Virus record (IMG/VR): IMGVR_UViG_3300021400_001148
Span: 1-64,000 of that record
Source: a virus
Taxonomy: Duplodnaviria > Caudoviricetes
Reading direction: 5' to 3' (one strand)
DNA length: 64,000 nt
Shown here: positions 48,906 through 58,677 of the stretch, piece by piece
Layout: every line of letters starts with the position of its first letter
Numbering within the stretch: position 1 is the first letter of the stretch
Notes under the pieces: generated by a model
Told to the model about the DNA's origin: nothing
Databases searched by the model: none
The model's input: the letters and a program-made list of their open reading frames with translations, nothing else
Program-made: the position numbers and the translations under genes

Positions 48906-49649
48906 ATGAGTACATATGTAACAAGATTCATTGAAATCAGGAAAGACAATAAGTGGCAACTTCTTGACTGGACGACAAAGGTTAGGAATCACGAAGACAG
49001 TGACTTTGTGAAACCACACAGTGTGCTCCTGAACGGTGAATTGGTAGTAACGGAAAACTCAATAACCGACTGTGGGCTGGGTGTAAGGGATTACCTTCGC
49101 GATGTCTGGGGGTATATTGGCACCAAGTTTAAAAATCGCGGGGTTCCGGCGGACGCATCCAACGAACTTAAAGAAGCATTCGCTGAGCATACTAAGCCCG
49201 GCGAGAGTGGAACTTCGTACACTTACAACCACTCTTATTACACACTTGACGAAATGGAAAAACTTCTCGAGAGGCTTACTGACCTCGGATGGGAAAGTAT
49301 TGAAAGAGAAGTGAAAGCCGTCAAGAAAAGTGAACTCAATGAAAAACTTGATAAAGTCCTTGAAAATCAGGCAGCCTATGGTGAAACTTTGAAAAATTCG
49401 ACAATAGATTCAGTAAAAACCTATGTTGAAACAACGGCTAAAAACAAACCAAGGAAAAACACAGATGGCAAAGACACCAATTCGGAAGACGGTCTGATAT
49501 TTCTTCATGATACCTATTTTGAGGTTATTGATGACATCTGTGGAGTCAAGAAGGAAGTAGACCTCGTTTCTTCGGTAGTGAATGGGCTTCTGGATTCCTC
49601 TTACCCGAGTTGCGACATTAGAGTGACATTTTATTTTGATAATATATGA
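48906..49649 (+). CDS. Hypothetical protein
   Basis: RGVPADAS...HSYYTLDE pattern. Confidence 0.65.
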   Translation: MSTYVTRFIEIRKDNKWQLLDWTTKVRNHEDSDFVKPHSVLLNGELVVTENSITDCGLGVRDYLRDVWGYIGTKFKNRGVPADASNELKEAFAEHTKPGESGTSYTYNHSYYTLDEMEKLLERLTDLGWESIEREVKAVKKSELNEKLDKVLENQAAYGETLKNSTIDSVKTYVETTAKNKPRKNTDGKDTNSEDGLIFLHDTYFEVIDDICGVKKEVDLVSSVVNGLLDSSYPSCDIRVTFYFDNI

Positions 49650-49843
49650 GTACAGAAACCAAGACAAGTGTGGTGAGCGGTATTAGTTTTACCCAGTTGC
49701 TCACAATTGTTTTTATTGTATTAAAACTCCTTGGGAAAATCACTTGGAGTTGGTGGTGGGTTTTGTCCCCGCTTTGGATACCGATTGCCATTGCGATTGT
49801 CGTTATGGTGATTTGGGGGGTTATATTGGCGTTAATATCTTAA
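49646..49843 (+). CDS. Small membrane protein
   Basis: LLTIVFIVLKL...WSWWWVLSPLWIP with two hydrophobic segments. Confidence 0.75.
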   Translation: MSTETKTSVVSGISFTQLLTIVFIVLKLLGKITWSWWWVLSPLWIPIAIAIVVMVIWGVILALIS

Positions 49844-49846
49844 AAT

Positions 49847-50932
49847 ATGGATAAAAAGAAACAAAATTTTAAAAGTGAGATGAGTTTAAAGGCTCGGGGT
49901 GGACGAATAAAAATGTCTAATCTCCAGTCCCCCGCACCGTCGTTTTCAACCGAGGAGATGGACGTGGTAGAAGAAGAAAAACCTGCGGTGACTGATGTTT
50001 GGAATGATGCGATTCCGGGCGATGAGAGTTGTACGAAGGGTCCGGACACCAATTTTACAGTTTCACAATGGTCTTCTGTTGACGGTTGCATCATCCCCGT
50101 TTCCAATACAATGGACAGGCTGGAGAAGGGATACTACTCCATTAACTTTTCCAACCAACTTGGCATGTATTTCACTAAGGAAAAAATCGAACTAAACAAG
50201 TTGTATCGTTTGCCCAACAATGCAACAGACCTTATACTTAATGACATTTCCAAATTCTGGACATTGGAGGAGACATATAAGAAGTACCATAGGGTTTTCA
50301 GAAGAAATTATCTTCTTTATTCTGCACCGGGAACCGGTAAGACAAGCCTCATCAATCTTATGTGTGAAGAACTTATCAATGTTTATAACGGTATTGTCTT
50401 TTCACTTTCCACGGAAGCTCAGATTGAGTCATTTCCTGAGGCGGTAAGGCGAATCAGGAAAATTGAGCCCGACCGCAAGATTATTGCCATCATCGAAGAT
50501 ATCGACACTTTCGCACAAGGTTCTTCAAGGCTCAACACGCTTATTCTTAATATCCTTGACGGAAACCTCAAACTCAGCGGAATTGTGACCATCGCCACAA
50601 CCAACCACATCGAATATCTCGAGGACCGTTATACCAACAGGCCCTCTCGTTTTGACAGGGTTGTGGAGTTCCCTCTTCCTAATGCTGAGAGCCGAAAGAT
50701 GTTCATTGAGAAAACAGTTCTTCCGGAAGACCTCAAGAAGATTAATATTGACGAATGGGTGGCTAAGACCGAAGGGTTTACAATCGACCATATCAACGAA
50801 CTCATTCTTCTATTCTTTGTCTTTGGGCATACTGAGGAAGAGTCGTTTGAGACTTTGTTCGCAATGACCAAAAGCAAGGGAGCCCTCACGAATAAGACCA
50901 GCGTAACAAAACGAGACCTTGGCTTCTCATGA
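49847..50932 (+). CDS. AAA+ ATPase
   Basis: Walker A APGTGKTS, Walker B IIEDID, LNILDG, TTNH and RPSRFD. Confidence 0.9.
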   Translation: MDKKKQNFKSEMSLKARGGRIKMSNLQSPAPSFSTEEMDVVEEEKPAVTDVWNDAIPGDESCTKGPDTNFTVSQWSSVDGCIIPVSNTMDRLEKGYYSINFSNQLGMYFTKEKIELNKLYRLPNNATDLILNDISKFWTLEETYKKYHRVFRRNYLLYSAPGTGKTSLINLMCEELINVYNGIVFSLSTEAQIESFPEAVRRIRKIEPDRKIIAIIEDIDTFAQGSSRLNTLILNILDGNLKLSGIVTIATTNHIEYLEDRYTNRPSRFDRVVEFPLPNAESRKMFIEKTVLPEDLKKINIDEWVAKTEGFTIDHINELILLFFVFGHTEEESFETLFAMTKSKGALTNKTSVTKRDLGFS

Positions 50933-51310
50933 TGAACGAATTTCTTTCTCGAGACTACCCCTCCTCTATTGAAAAGTGGAGGCGTCTTGGGCTTTTAGAA
51001 GACCTGCGAGGGTCAATCGAGGTAAGTGTTGCCGAAAACTTAGAACGGATGTCCTTGTATTTGGGAGATTTGGAGGGGAAGGATGTGTATGTAATGGGGT
51101 ACAACTTAAGTTTTAGTATTTTTCCAGCTATACGAAGAATATGCTCACAAAATGTTGATTATCAAATAGAAGAACCGGAAAAGTTTTTCAACTACTACAA
51201 GGAGTGGTTTCGCGAACGCATCGAGTCATTCGAAAAAATGCCCAATATTGACCCCGAGGCACAAGCGGTATATATGTTTTGCGAACATACGCTGAAGATT
51301 TTAAGAAAAT

Positions 51311-51352
51311 GCGCCGAGAGTGAATAACTCTCGGACTTTTTTTGTATATTTG
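51311..51352 (+). promoter_or_regulatory. GCGCC-N29-TAnnTTTG promoter with hairpin spacer
   Basis: GCGCC at 51311, TATATTTG at 51345; CCGAGAGT/ACTCTCGG hairpin. Confidence 0.7.
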
Positions 51353-51356
51353 TAAT

Positions 51357-51968
51357 ATGAAAAACGAGTTTTGTACAAAAATAGAACATCCGGAAAAAAC
51401 CTATCTGATTTCCGACACACATTTTTGGCATACAAATATTCTAAAATATTGTAGCCGGCCATTCGCTTCTGTAGAGGAGATGAATGCAGCCCTTATTGAG
51501 AACTGGAACAATGTTGTTGGTCCGGATGACCACATTTACAGTCTCGGGGATTTCTGTTTTGGTAATGTAGAAAAATGGAATTCAGTCCTCGCTCCTGGTG
51601 TATTGAACGGCCACATTCATCTTGTCCTCGGAAACCATGACCCCGAGAGGCTTTACCGTGACGGTGTTATGCGGGAAAGGTTCGATGAAATCTGTTTCCA
51701 AAAGTACCTTTTGGCCGATGGATGGGGAATATACCTCAATCACTTTCCCTTCCTCGAGTTCTCCAATAATTTCGACCACCATGTATGTCAGGCTTATGGC
51801 CATGTACACAGTGGTCCCAACAATGTCGGGGCTCTCACCAATGAAAGGCTGAAGATGGTGCAATGGAATCAGTACGATGTGGGTGCTGATAACAATAATT
51901 ATGGACCGATTTCGGTTTTGGAATTTTTGAACATAATTAAAGAAAGAAGGGAAGCGTATGGAAAATAA
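51357..51968 (+). CDS. Calcineurin-like phosphoesterase
   Basis: SDTHFWH, LGDF, GNHD, HFP and GHVH motifs. Confidence 0.9.
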   Translation: MKNEFCTKIEHPEKTYLISDTHFWHTNILKYCSRPFASVEEMNAALIENWNNVVGPDDHIYSLGDFCFGNVEKWNSVLAPGVLNGHIHLVLGNHDPERLYRDGVMRERFDEICFQKYLLADGWGIYLNHFPFLEFSNNFDHHVCQAYGHVHSGPNNVGALTNERLKMVQWNQYDVGADNNNYGPISVLEFLNIIKERREAYGK

Positions 51969-52665
51969 AGTTTGGGTTGTTGAACTTTCTGAGGGAGAGT
52001 ATGAAATGTACAGAACTTGGATTCATGGTATCTACACATCCGAAGAACAGGCTGTTGAGGCCGCAAAGGCTGTTGACGAGGCCAACAAAAATGCGGTTAA
52101 AGAATTCGAGTCGCTTCCCTTTGTTATGGAAGACGAGTATGGCAATCCCTTGAACATGGCTCAGTTGATTTGTGGCGGTAGTGGAATTGAGGGGGATGAG
52201 TATGAGTTTGGTGCGGTGGTTTACAATTATAAAAATTCCGATGCAGACACCGCGGGAATGTATACTGCCATTGACGACCACATGGCAATCAAGAAATCTT
52301 TCCTTGAAAAATACAACATCTCAAAGGACGAAGCGGAGCATTACATTAATTTGCACTATTTGTATAATCACAATCGTTATGACTCACCCGGAATGGCAAG
52401 AATTCTTTCATACAACCTCAACGAAAGTGGCAAAGCGGGTATAGAACATCCGATATATAATGGGAGGAAATGATATACCTGTTGGCTAAAAAATGAACAA
52501 ATATGACATAATACAATATTATTTTAGGAATTTTGCGCGTCGGTGTGCGCGTGTATTGCTCGGAAAATCAATAAGATAGAACGAGAAGGTTGTAAATCCT
52601 TGTTGGGTAGCCAACAGGTATATCGTTCCCTAATGGGATTAATAATCCAATAAACGAAAAATAAT

Positions 52666-53235
52666 ATGGGAAAGAAAATTTTAGTAGTCGTTGATGTACA
52701 GAACGATTTTGTAACAGGAAGCCTCGGGTCCAAGGATGCTCAGGCTGCAATCCCCAAAATTGTTGAACGCATTTCAAGGGCTGATTACGACGCCCTCTAT
52801 TTTACCAGAGACACCCACTATGATAATTATCTGGAAACTAATGAGGGAAAGAAACTCCCCGTGAAGCACTGCATATTGAACACTTGGGGATGGAACATAT
52901 GCGATGAGGTTATGGCTGCGGCGAACAAGGTCCAGGTATCTCACCCGTACATCCTCCAGCACATCATTGACAAACCGACTTTTGGAAGCGAGATTATGGC
53001 CAACGACATTTGGCAGTACCTTGCCATTGCCACGGAAACTTCGGACCAGTCGGAGGTTGAACTCCTTGGTTTCTGCACGGACATTTGTGTTGTGTCCAAT
53101 GCCCTCCTTGTTAAGGCGGCAGTGTTTGAAAGGGCTGAGGTGACGGTCAACTCGGAATGTTGTGCCGGCGTAACACCCGAACTTCACGAGGCTGCACTCA
53201 ATGTAATGAAAAGTTGTCAAATAAACATCATTTAA
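52666..53235 (+). CDS. pncA: Nicotinamidase / isochorismatase-family cysteine hydrolase
   Basis: VVDVQNDFV.GSLG, TRDTH, PVKHC...GW, KPTFGS and GFCTDICV motifs. Confidence 0.85.
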   Translation: MGKKILVVVDVQNDFVTGSLGSKDAQAAIPKIVERISRADYDALYFTRDTHYDNYLETNEGKKLPVKHCILNTWGWNICDEVMAAANKVQVSHPYILQHIIDKPTFGSEIMANDIWQYLAIATETSDQSEVELLGFCTDICVVSNALLVKAAVFERAEVTVNSECCAGVTPELHEAALNVMKSCQINII

Positions 53236-53478
53236 TATGAAAGCAAATAAACTTAAGGGCCTTGCCCGCCACGGCTGCAAGAAGATTATGCAGACAATCA
53301 CACTGTCCAAGACAGCAACGAACACCAATCAGAAACTCACAAAGACTATTATCCATAGTCGTAACTTCAATAAACATGGATACAGGACTCTGGCTGAAAT
53401 GGTTTATGAAAGTTATGCCGATTACCTCAAGAGACGGAACGCCCTTCCTGCACCTGATACAACAGAACTTGCATAGGT

Positions 53479-54348
53479 ATGATTGAAATCAGGACGGCTT
53501 TTACAACCATTCCGTATAAACTTATCAACTACCCCGACGGTACACAGAAGATAGACTTCGAGAATGACTTCCGTTCTTACGCCGGGGTGGAAGATTTGTT
53601 CCTTGTATGGAAAGGTTATCGTGGTGACGAAGAATTAGTCACACTCATTTATCTCACGAGGCACATCCAGAACGAGTGGCATTTGAACCCGGGGTTGTAT
53701 CTCCCATATGTTCCGAATGCGAGGATGGACAGGGTAAAAGATGAGGTCTATGAGGTCTTCACCCTCAAATATTTTACCGAGATTATCAATTCACTGAACT
53801 TCAAGTTCGTGCAAGTTCTTGACCCTCACTCCAATGTGACATCTGCCCTGCTTGACAAGGTCAAGTCAGTATCCCCTTACGGGTTTATCAGTAACGCAAT
53901 CGACCATATCAAAAATGTGAAAGGGGCGAATAAAGTTTTTCTTTATTTCCCAGACGAAGGTGCTGAAAAGAGATATTCGGAACTCTTTAGGGAATCTGAC
54001 TATCTTGTCGGGCACAAGAAACGCAACTGGCGTACCGGGGAGATTGAGGGGCTCACCATTACTGGGAAAAACGGCCAGAACTACACCATTCCCGAAGATG
54101 CAAGCGTGCTGATGGTGGATGACATCATTTCATATGGCGGTACTCTTTCGCATAGTGCTTATGTATTGAAAGAAATGGGATTCTCTCACATTTACGCTTA
54201 TGCAACACATGTGGAAGACAGCGTCCTTGATAAAGATAAGGGAACGCTTTGGAAAGATGTTGAAAATGGTTTGGTTGATATGATTTTTACGACCGACAGC
54301 CTTTTCAGTAAAAAGAACTACCTAATCAATGTCTCGAAATGTAGTTAA
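53479..54348 (+). CDS. Ribose-phosphate pyrophosphokinase-like protein (candidate ADPR-PP synthetase, Adps)
   Basis: YPDG, LPYVPNARMDR, DPHS, PDEGAEKRY, KKR, VDDIISYGGT and YATH motifs. Confidence 0.85.
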   Translation: MIEIRTAFTTIPYKLINYPDGTQKIDFENDFRSYAGVEDLFLVWKGYRGDEELVTLIYLTRHIQNEWHLNPGLYLPYVPNARMDRVKDEVYEVFTLKYFTEIINSLNFKFVQVLDPHSNVTSALLDKVKSVSPYGFISNAIDHIKNVKGANKVFLYFPDEGAEKRYSELFRESDYLVGHKKRNWRTGEIEGLTITGKNGQNYTIPEDASVLMVDDIISYGGTLSHSAYVLKEMGFSHIYAYATHVEDSVLDKDKGTLWKDVENGLVDMIFTTDSLFSKKNYLINVSKCS

Positions 54349-54350
54349 TT

Positions 54351-54392
54351 GCGCCGGGGCAGTAATTGCTCCGGTTCTTTTTTGTATATTTG
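54351..54392 (+). promoter_or_regulatory. GCGCC-N29-TAnnTTTG promoter with hairpin spacer
   Basis: GCGCC at 54351, TATATTTG at 54385. Confidence 0.7.
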
Positions 54393-54396
54393 CAAT

Positions 54397-54723
54397 ATGA
54401 AGAAATTTTTATGTATTGTATTAGGATTGATAATTGTGTCTGCTTGCCAATTTACATCCAGAGAACGCAATTATCGTTGTGAAATTGTTTACAAAATCTA
54501 TTATCCCGGGGAAACGGTGATGTGTAAACGAACATTTATGGGGCATGAAACGGCTCGCTATTATCTTGATTCGTCACGTGGCACCAATTACCTTTGGGTT
54601 GAATTTGTCAACCAGCCGGAGCGTATTCCCAGACTCAGTGACATCGACGAATGTATTCTTTCAACCACAGCCCCAGTAAGGGTAATATCCTTTAACAAAG
54701 AAAAAATAAATGATGGAAATTAA
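54397..54723 (+). CDS. Putative lipoprotein
   Basis: MKKFLCIVLGLIIVSAC signal peptide with lipobox. Confidence 0.55.
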   Translation: MKKFLCIVLGLIIVSACQFTSRERNYRCEIVYKIYYPGETVMCKRTFMGHETARYYLDSSRGTNYLWVEFVNQPERIPRLSDIDECILSTTAPVRVISFNKEKINDGN

Positions 54724-56299
54724 TCCCCTTCTTTTAATTGATTTTTACAAAGCGGTTCACGGAACGATGATTCCGCAGAACATGGTAAAAAGTGTAAGTT
54801 ACTATACACCCCGCAGGTCCCGCGTTGAGAGATGGGACCAGGTTGTGTTTTACGGTCTGCAGGCTTTCTGTAAGACTTGGCTAATTGACTACTTCAATGC
54901 CAACTTCTTCCAGAAAAAGAGGGAAGATGTGGTTGAAGAGTATCGTCGTGTACTTGACAATTCTTTTGGAAAGGGAATATACAATCTTGAAAGGGTGGGG
55001 CATCTCCATGATTTGGGATATCTGCCAGTTGAGATTGTGGCACTTCCCGAGGGAACAAAGGTGGACATGGGCGTGCCTATTTTCGGTATCACCAATACCC
55101 ACCCCGATTTTGCGTGGCTTCCACAGGCGTTGGAAAGTCTTATTTCAGCCGAGTTGTGGTACCCTATGATTTGTGCTACTGTGGGTAATACATACAGGGA
55201 GGTTGTCAATAAGTATTATGATGAGACTTGTGACGATGATGCCCCAAGGCGCAGGGCACTCGGTAATTTCGATTTTCGTGGCGATGACGGACTCGATGCA
55301 TCATTGAAAGCCGCAGGCGGATGGCTTCTTTCTTTTGTCAACACCGCGACTGTCCCGGCGATACCTTATATGGAAAAGATGTACAATTGTGACTGTGAGA
55401 AGGATGAAGTTGGCTTTGGTGCGGTCTCTACTGAACATTTTGTGATGTGTTCCAACAGTGCGTATGACACCAAGCATAATCCGGATTACGAGTATGCAGA
55501 TATCGACCCTCGTCGGGAGAGAGTCTTCTTGAAAAAACTTCTGACTGAACTTTATCCTCACACCTCGTTCAGTTGTGTATGCGATAGTTACGATTATTGG
55601 AATGTGGTGAAAAACATCCTTCCGACCCTTAAGGAGGAGATTCTTGCTCACGACGGTTGTTTCCTTGTCCGTGGAGACTCGGGGGACTGTGTAAAGGTTG
55701 TTACTGAAACGGTTTTTGAACTTTGGAAGATTTTCGGCGGAACAGTGAACTCCAAGGGATACAAGGTTCTGGACCCTCATGTAAAGGCACTTTATGGGGA
55801 TAGTATAACTGTTCAGCGTGCAGGTCAGATTTATCAAATCCTCAAGGACAATGGGTTTGCCGCCCAGAATGTAAGTCTTGGTGTTGGTAGTTTTAGTATG
55901 CATTGTATTGAAGAAGTAGTTGAAAAAGATTTGGGCTTAGGCTATACATTAAAAGAAACAGTTCTTTCACCTTTTACTAGAGACACTTTTTCAAGCGCCA
56001 TCAAAAGCGTTTACGCTGAATTCAGGAATGAGGACGGAACCATTGACAAAGTTCCGATTTACAAAGACCCCAAAACTGACCGCGAAAGTGGATTTTCCTT
56101 CAAGAAAAGCCAGAAGGGGTGCTGTGAGGTCTTCTGGCGGGACAAATGGAACCAACGACTTGCATATACTGACGGACTAACTTGGGATGAGGCACATAAT
56201 GATAGTAATTTTCTTCAGCCAGTGTTCCGTGATGGCGTCCTTCTCAGGGAAACAACCCTGAAAGAAATAAGGGTGAGACTCAATAATGGGGAGTTTTAA
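54710..56299 (+). CDS. Nicotinamide phosphoribosyltransferase-like protein (Nampt/NadV; candidate Namat)
   Basis: DFYK..H, FDFRG, STEH.VMC, CDSYDYW, RGDSGD, YGDSIT, GVGSF, KDPKTD and KKSQKG motifs. Confidence 0.88.
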   Translation: MMEINPLLLIDFYKAVHGTMIPQNMVKSVSYYTPRRSRVERWDQVVFYGLQAFCKTWLIDYFNANFFQKKREDVVEEYRRVLDNSFGKGIYNLERVGHLHDLGYLPVEIVALPEGTKVDMGVPIFGITNTHPDFAWLPQALESLISAELWYPMICATVGNTYREVVNKYYDETCDDDAPRRRALGNFDFRGDDGLDASLKAAGGWLLSFVNTATVPAIPYMEKMYNCDCEKDEVGFGAVSTEHFVMCSNSAYDTKHNPDYEYADIDPRRERVFLKKLLTELYPHTSFSCVCDSYDYWNVVKNILPTLKEEILAHDGCFLVRGDSGDCVKVVTETVFELWKIFGGTVNSKGYKVLDPHVKALYGDSITVQRAGQIYQILKDNGFAAQNVSLGVGSFSMHCIEEVVEKDLGLGYTLKETVLSPFTRDTFSSAIKSVYAEFRNEDGTIDKVPIYKDPKTDRESGFSFKKSQKGCCEVFWRDKWNQRLAYTDGLTWDEAHNDSNFLQPVFRDGVLLRETTLKEIRVRLNNGEF

Positions 56300-56372
56300 T
56301 ATCGAAGGTTCCCCTAACTTAAGTATATTTCCGGAAGGCAGGAAATATTGTGGAGACTAATTATTATATATT

Positions 56373-57098
56373 ATGGCAAAAATTGTTAGTTTGTATGGTG
56401 GTCTTGGCGGCCTTGAGTTTGGCTTTAAAAGGGCTGGCTTTGATGTGGTTTGTGGAAACGAAGTGGATGAAACTATCAGAAATATTTTTGTGAGTAATTT
56501 CCCGGGGTCCTTCTGCTACAATAGCAATCTCGATGGTGTATGCACCTGCGGTTTCAAACACAGGAATCCACTGGGGATTGTCGGGCAAATTCGTGATGAG
56601 CACGACCGCGGGCATTTTTCAAGGATTCTTGCAGCAACGAAGCCGGCATTTTTCGTGGCTGTGGCAGATGGTGGCCTTGTTGATACAAACAGGAATGACG
56701 AACTGACTAAGATAACAGACGACCTCGGGTCTAAGGGTTATGATATCTTTGTTGAATGGATGGACGAATATGATTACGGCTCTCAGTTCAGTAAATCCTA
56801 TACTTACATTGTCGGATTCACACAAGAATCAGAGGTCCAGAACTTTGTCTTTCCCGAAAAAACCGTAGTCAGAGACAGTGGCCCCAATGCTTATGCTGTT
56901 GACCCCGTTACGCTTCCATCGTCCCAACTTCTTGAGGAGAAGGGTCTTGCACCAGAATACAACCTCTTTGGTCATGAGAATGAACCGGCGGTGAATCAAG
57001 CAATTATCGACACTATCTCCCCCAATGTTGGAGAGGCCCTCGCAAGAGCGATATCCAAAGTCAAGGTTACAGTAATGAAAAAAATCGGAGAGTTCTAG
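56373..57098 (+). CDS. Degenerate C5-cytosine methyltransferase homolog lacking catalytic motifs
   Basis: Motif I SLYGGLGGLEFGF..AGF and NEVD are present; PC, ENV and QxRxR motifs are absent. Confidence 0.7.
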   Translation: MAKIVSLYGGLGGLEFGFKRAGFDVVCGNEVDETIRNIFVSNFPGSFCYNSNLDGVCTCGFKHRNPLGIVGQIRDEHDRGHFSRILAATKPAFFVAVADGGLVDTNRNDELTKITDDLGSKGYDIFVEWMDEYDYGSQFSKSYTYIVGFTQESEVQNFVFPEKTVVRDSGPNAYAVDPVTLPSSQLLEEKGLAPEYNLFGHENEPAVNQAIIDTISPNVGEALARAISKVKVTVMKKIGEF

Positions 57099-57102
57099 AC
57101 CA

Positions 57103-57627
57103 ATGGAAGGCGATTTTCGCAAAATAGTTTTTTTGGATATCGACGGTGTAGTCAATCATGAGCGATGGTATAACGAAACCAAAGGCCGCTCCGGTGACTT
57201 CGACCCCCGGGCAATAGAACTCCTCAATCAACTGGAAGACATTGGTGCAGAAGTTGTAATAAGTTCTTCTTGGGGAGAGAGTGGTATTAAACCACTTCAG
57301 GATGTTGGTCTCAAACTCCCGATAATTGGTTGTACGGAGCACTATTATCAGGATTGGTTGTGTAGAGGTAATGAAATAGAGAAATGGTTGGTAACTAATC
57401 TTGGTGGTATGTGCACAAAATATGGTTGTGACAGAGACACTGGAGAGCCATATTACAGAAAACATTATAATGAAGAAGACACTGATTATGAATATGTTAT
57501 CTTTGACGATGATACTGACATGCTTCTCGGGCAGAAGGACAACTTCATTCAAACCAACAGGGAAACTGGTATAACACAGGAGGATATTGACAAGGCTGTT
57601 CAAATTCTCACTCGTGTTCAAAAATAA
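57103..57627 (+). CDS. HAD-family (Swiss-army-knife RNA repair-like) phosphatase
   Basis: FLDIDGVVN, ISSSW, RGNEIEKWL and YVIFDD motifs. Confidence 0.8.
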   Translation: MEGDFRKIVFLDIDGVVNHERWYNETKGRSGDFDPRAIELLNQLEDIGAEVVISSSWGESGIKPLQDVGLKLPIIGCTEHYYQDWLCRGNEIEKWLVTNLGGMCTKYGCDRDTGEPYYRKHYNEEDTDYEYVIFDDDTDMLLGQKDNFIQTNRETGITQEDIDKAVQILTRVQK

Positions 57628-57852
57628 TGAACAAACAGCAAATAATGAACATATGGCTTTCTTTTTACTTTTGTATTTTTATTTGTCTATTGGGCTAAAC
57701 CTTGGTTGGCAATGGCGAAATGCATTTCTCTATAGATGGGTGCCATCTTGGAGTTTGGTTTTTCTTTGGCCCTTCTGGCTTATTGATTTCGGAGTAACTT
57801 TCTCGAAAATTTCTTAGGCAAATCCCCGCTAATTGCGGGGATTTTTGTATAT

Positions 57853-58677
57853 TTGTCATATGAAGGAAGCGGAATAACGATGAAAAAAAATAAAAAACAA
57901 TCAAGCCAATCAATGTTATCAAAAACAATAAACGAGTGCATAAAGGAACTCCACGAAAATATTGCCAATGGAATGGACGAGTATGCTGACGGCGACTTTT
58001 ACGATGTTGTCCATCAAGTATATCCGATTAATCTAACGGAAGGGCTGATTGATACATATCCGGCAGAACTTGTGGTTAAAACCATTGGAAATTTATATAA
58101 TCTCTATCCAGTGGTCGAAAATAACGCATTGGGGGTAATAAAAATAAAGGAAAAATCTAATAAAGAAACTGTAATAGATATTGTTCTCTACAGTTACGAT
58201 GAAAAAACGGCCACGGGTATTAGAAAACATTTCCTTAAATATGGGTATTTCTTGAGCCTTGAGGATGTTCCCGCTGTCGGAAAAAGTGCACGACTCAGAT
58301 TTGAGAAAAGGTTCGGGGACCGTTTTACAAAGAAAAACATTAAAACAAAGACCACTACACTTTACCATGTTGCTCCGGCCAAGTCAGTGGAAAAAATATT
58401 AAGGCAGGGTTTAACACCACGGCAAGAACGGACATACAACAACTCAAAGGAAAACGGTGATATGGAAAAGGTATATCTATACCTAGAGCATCCAGACGCT
58501 TCTGATTTAACCTATTTCCAGTGGCGGTTTGGTGATATTGCAATTTTTGAAATAGATGTGGATAAGCTCCAAGACAATATCAGTTTCTTCTACGACCCAA
58601 GACTGAACAAAGCGATGTTCACATACGAACCAATAACGCCACAAGCAATAAAATTAGAACAAATCATTAAAAAATGA
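57853..58677 (+). CDS. Putative ADP-ribosyltransferase-fold protein
   Basis: C-terminal LYHV....VEKILRQGLTP...VYL...IFEID pattern (Tpt1/KptA-like ART); N-terminal (I/L)xE repeats. Confidence 0.5.
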   Translation: MSYEGSGITMKKNKKQSSQSMLSKTINECIKELHENIANGMDEYADGDFYDVVHQVYPINLTEGLIDTYPAELVVKTIGNLYNLYPVVENNALGVIKIKEKSNKETVIDIVLYSYDEKTATGIRKHFLKYGYFLSLEDVPAVGKSARLRFEKRFGDRFTKKNIKTKTTTLYHVAPAKSVEKILRQGLTPRQERTYNNSKENGDMEKVYLYLEHPDASDLTYFQWRFGDIAIFEIDVDKLQDNISFFYDPRLNKAMFTYEPITPQAIKLEQIIKK

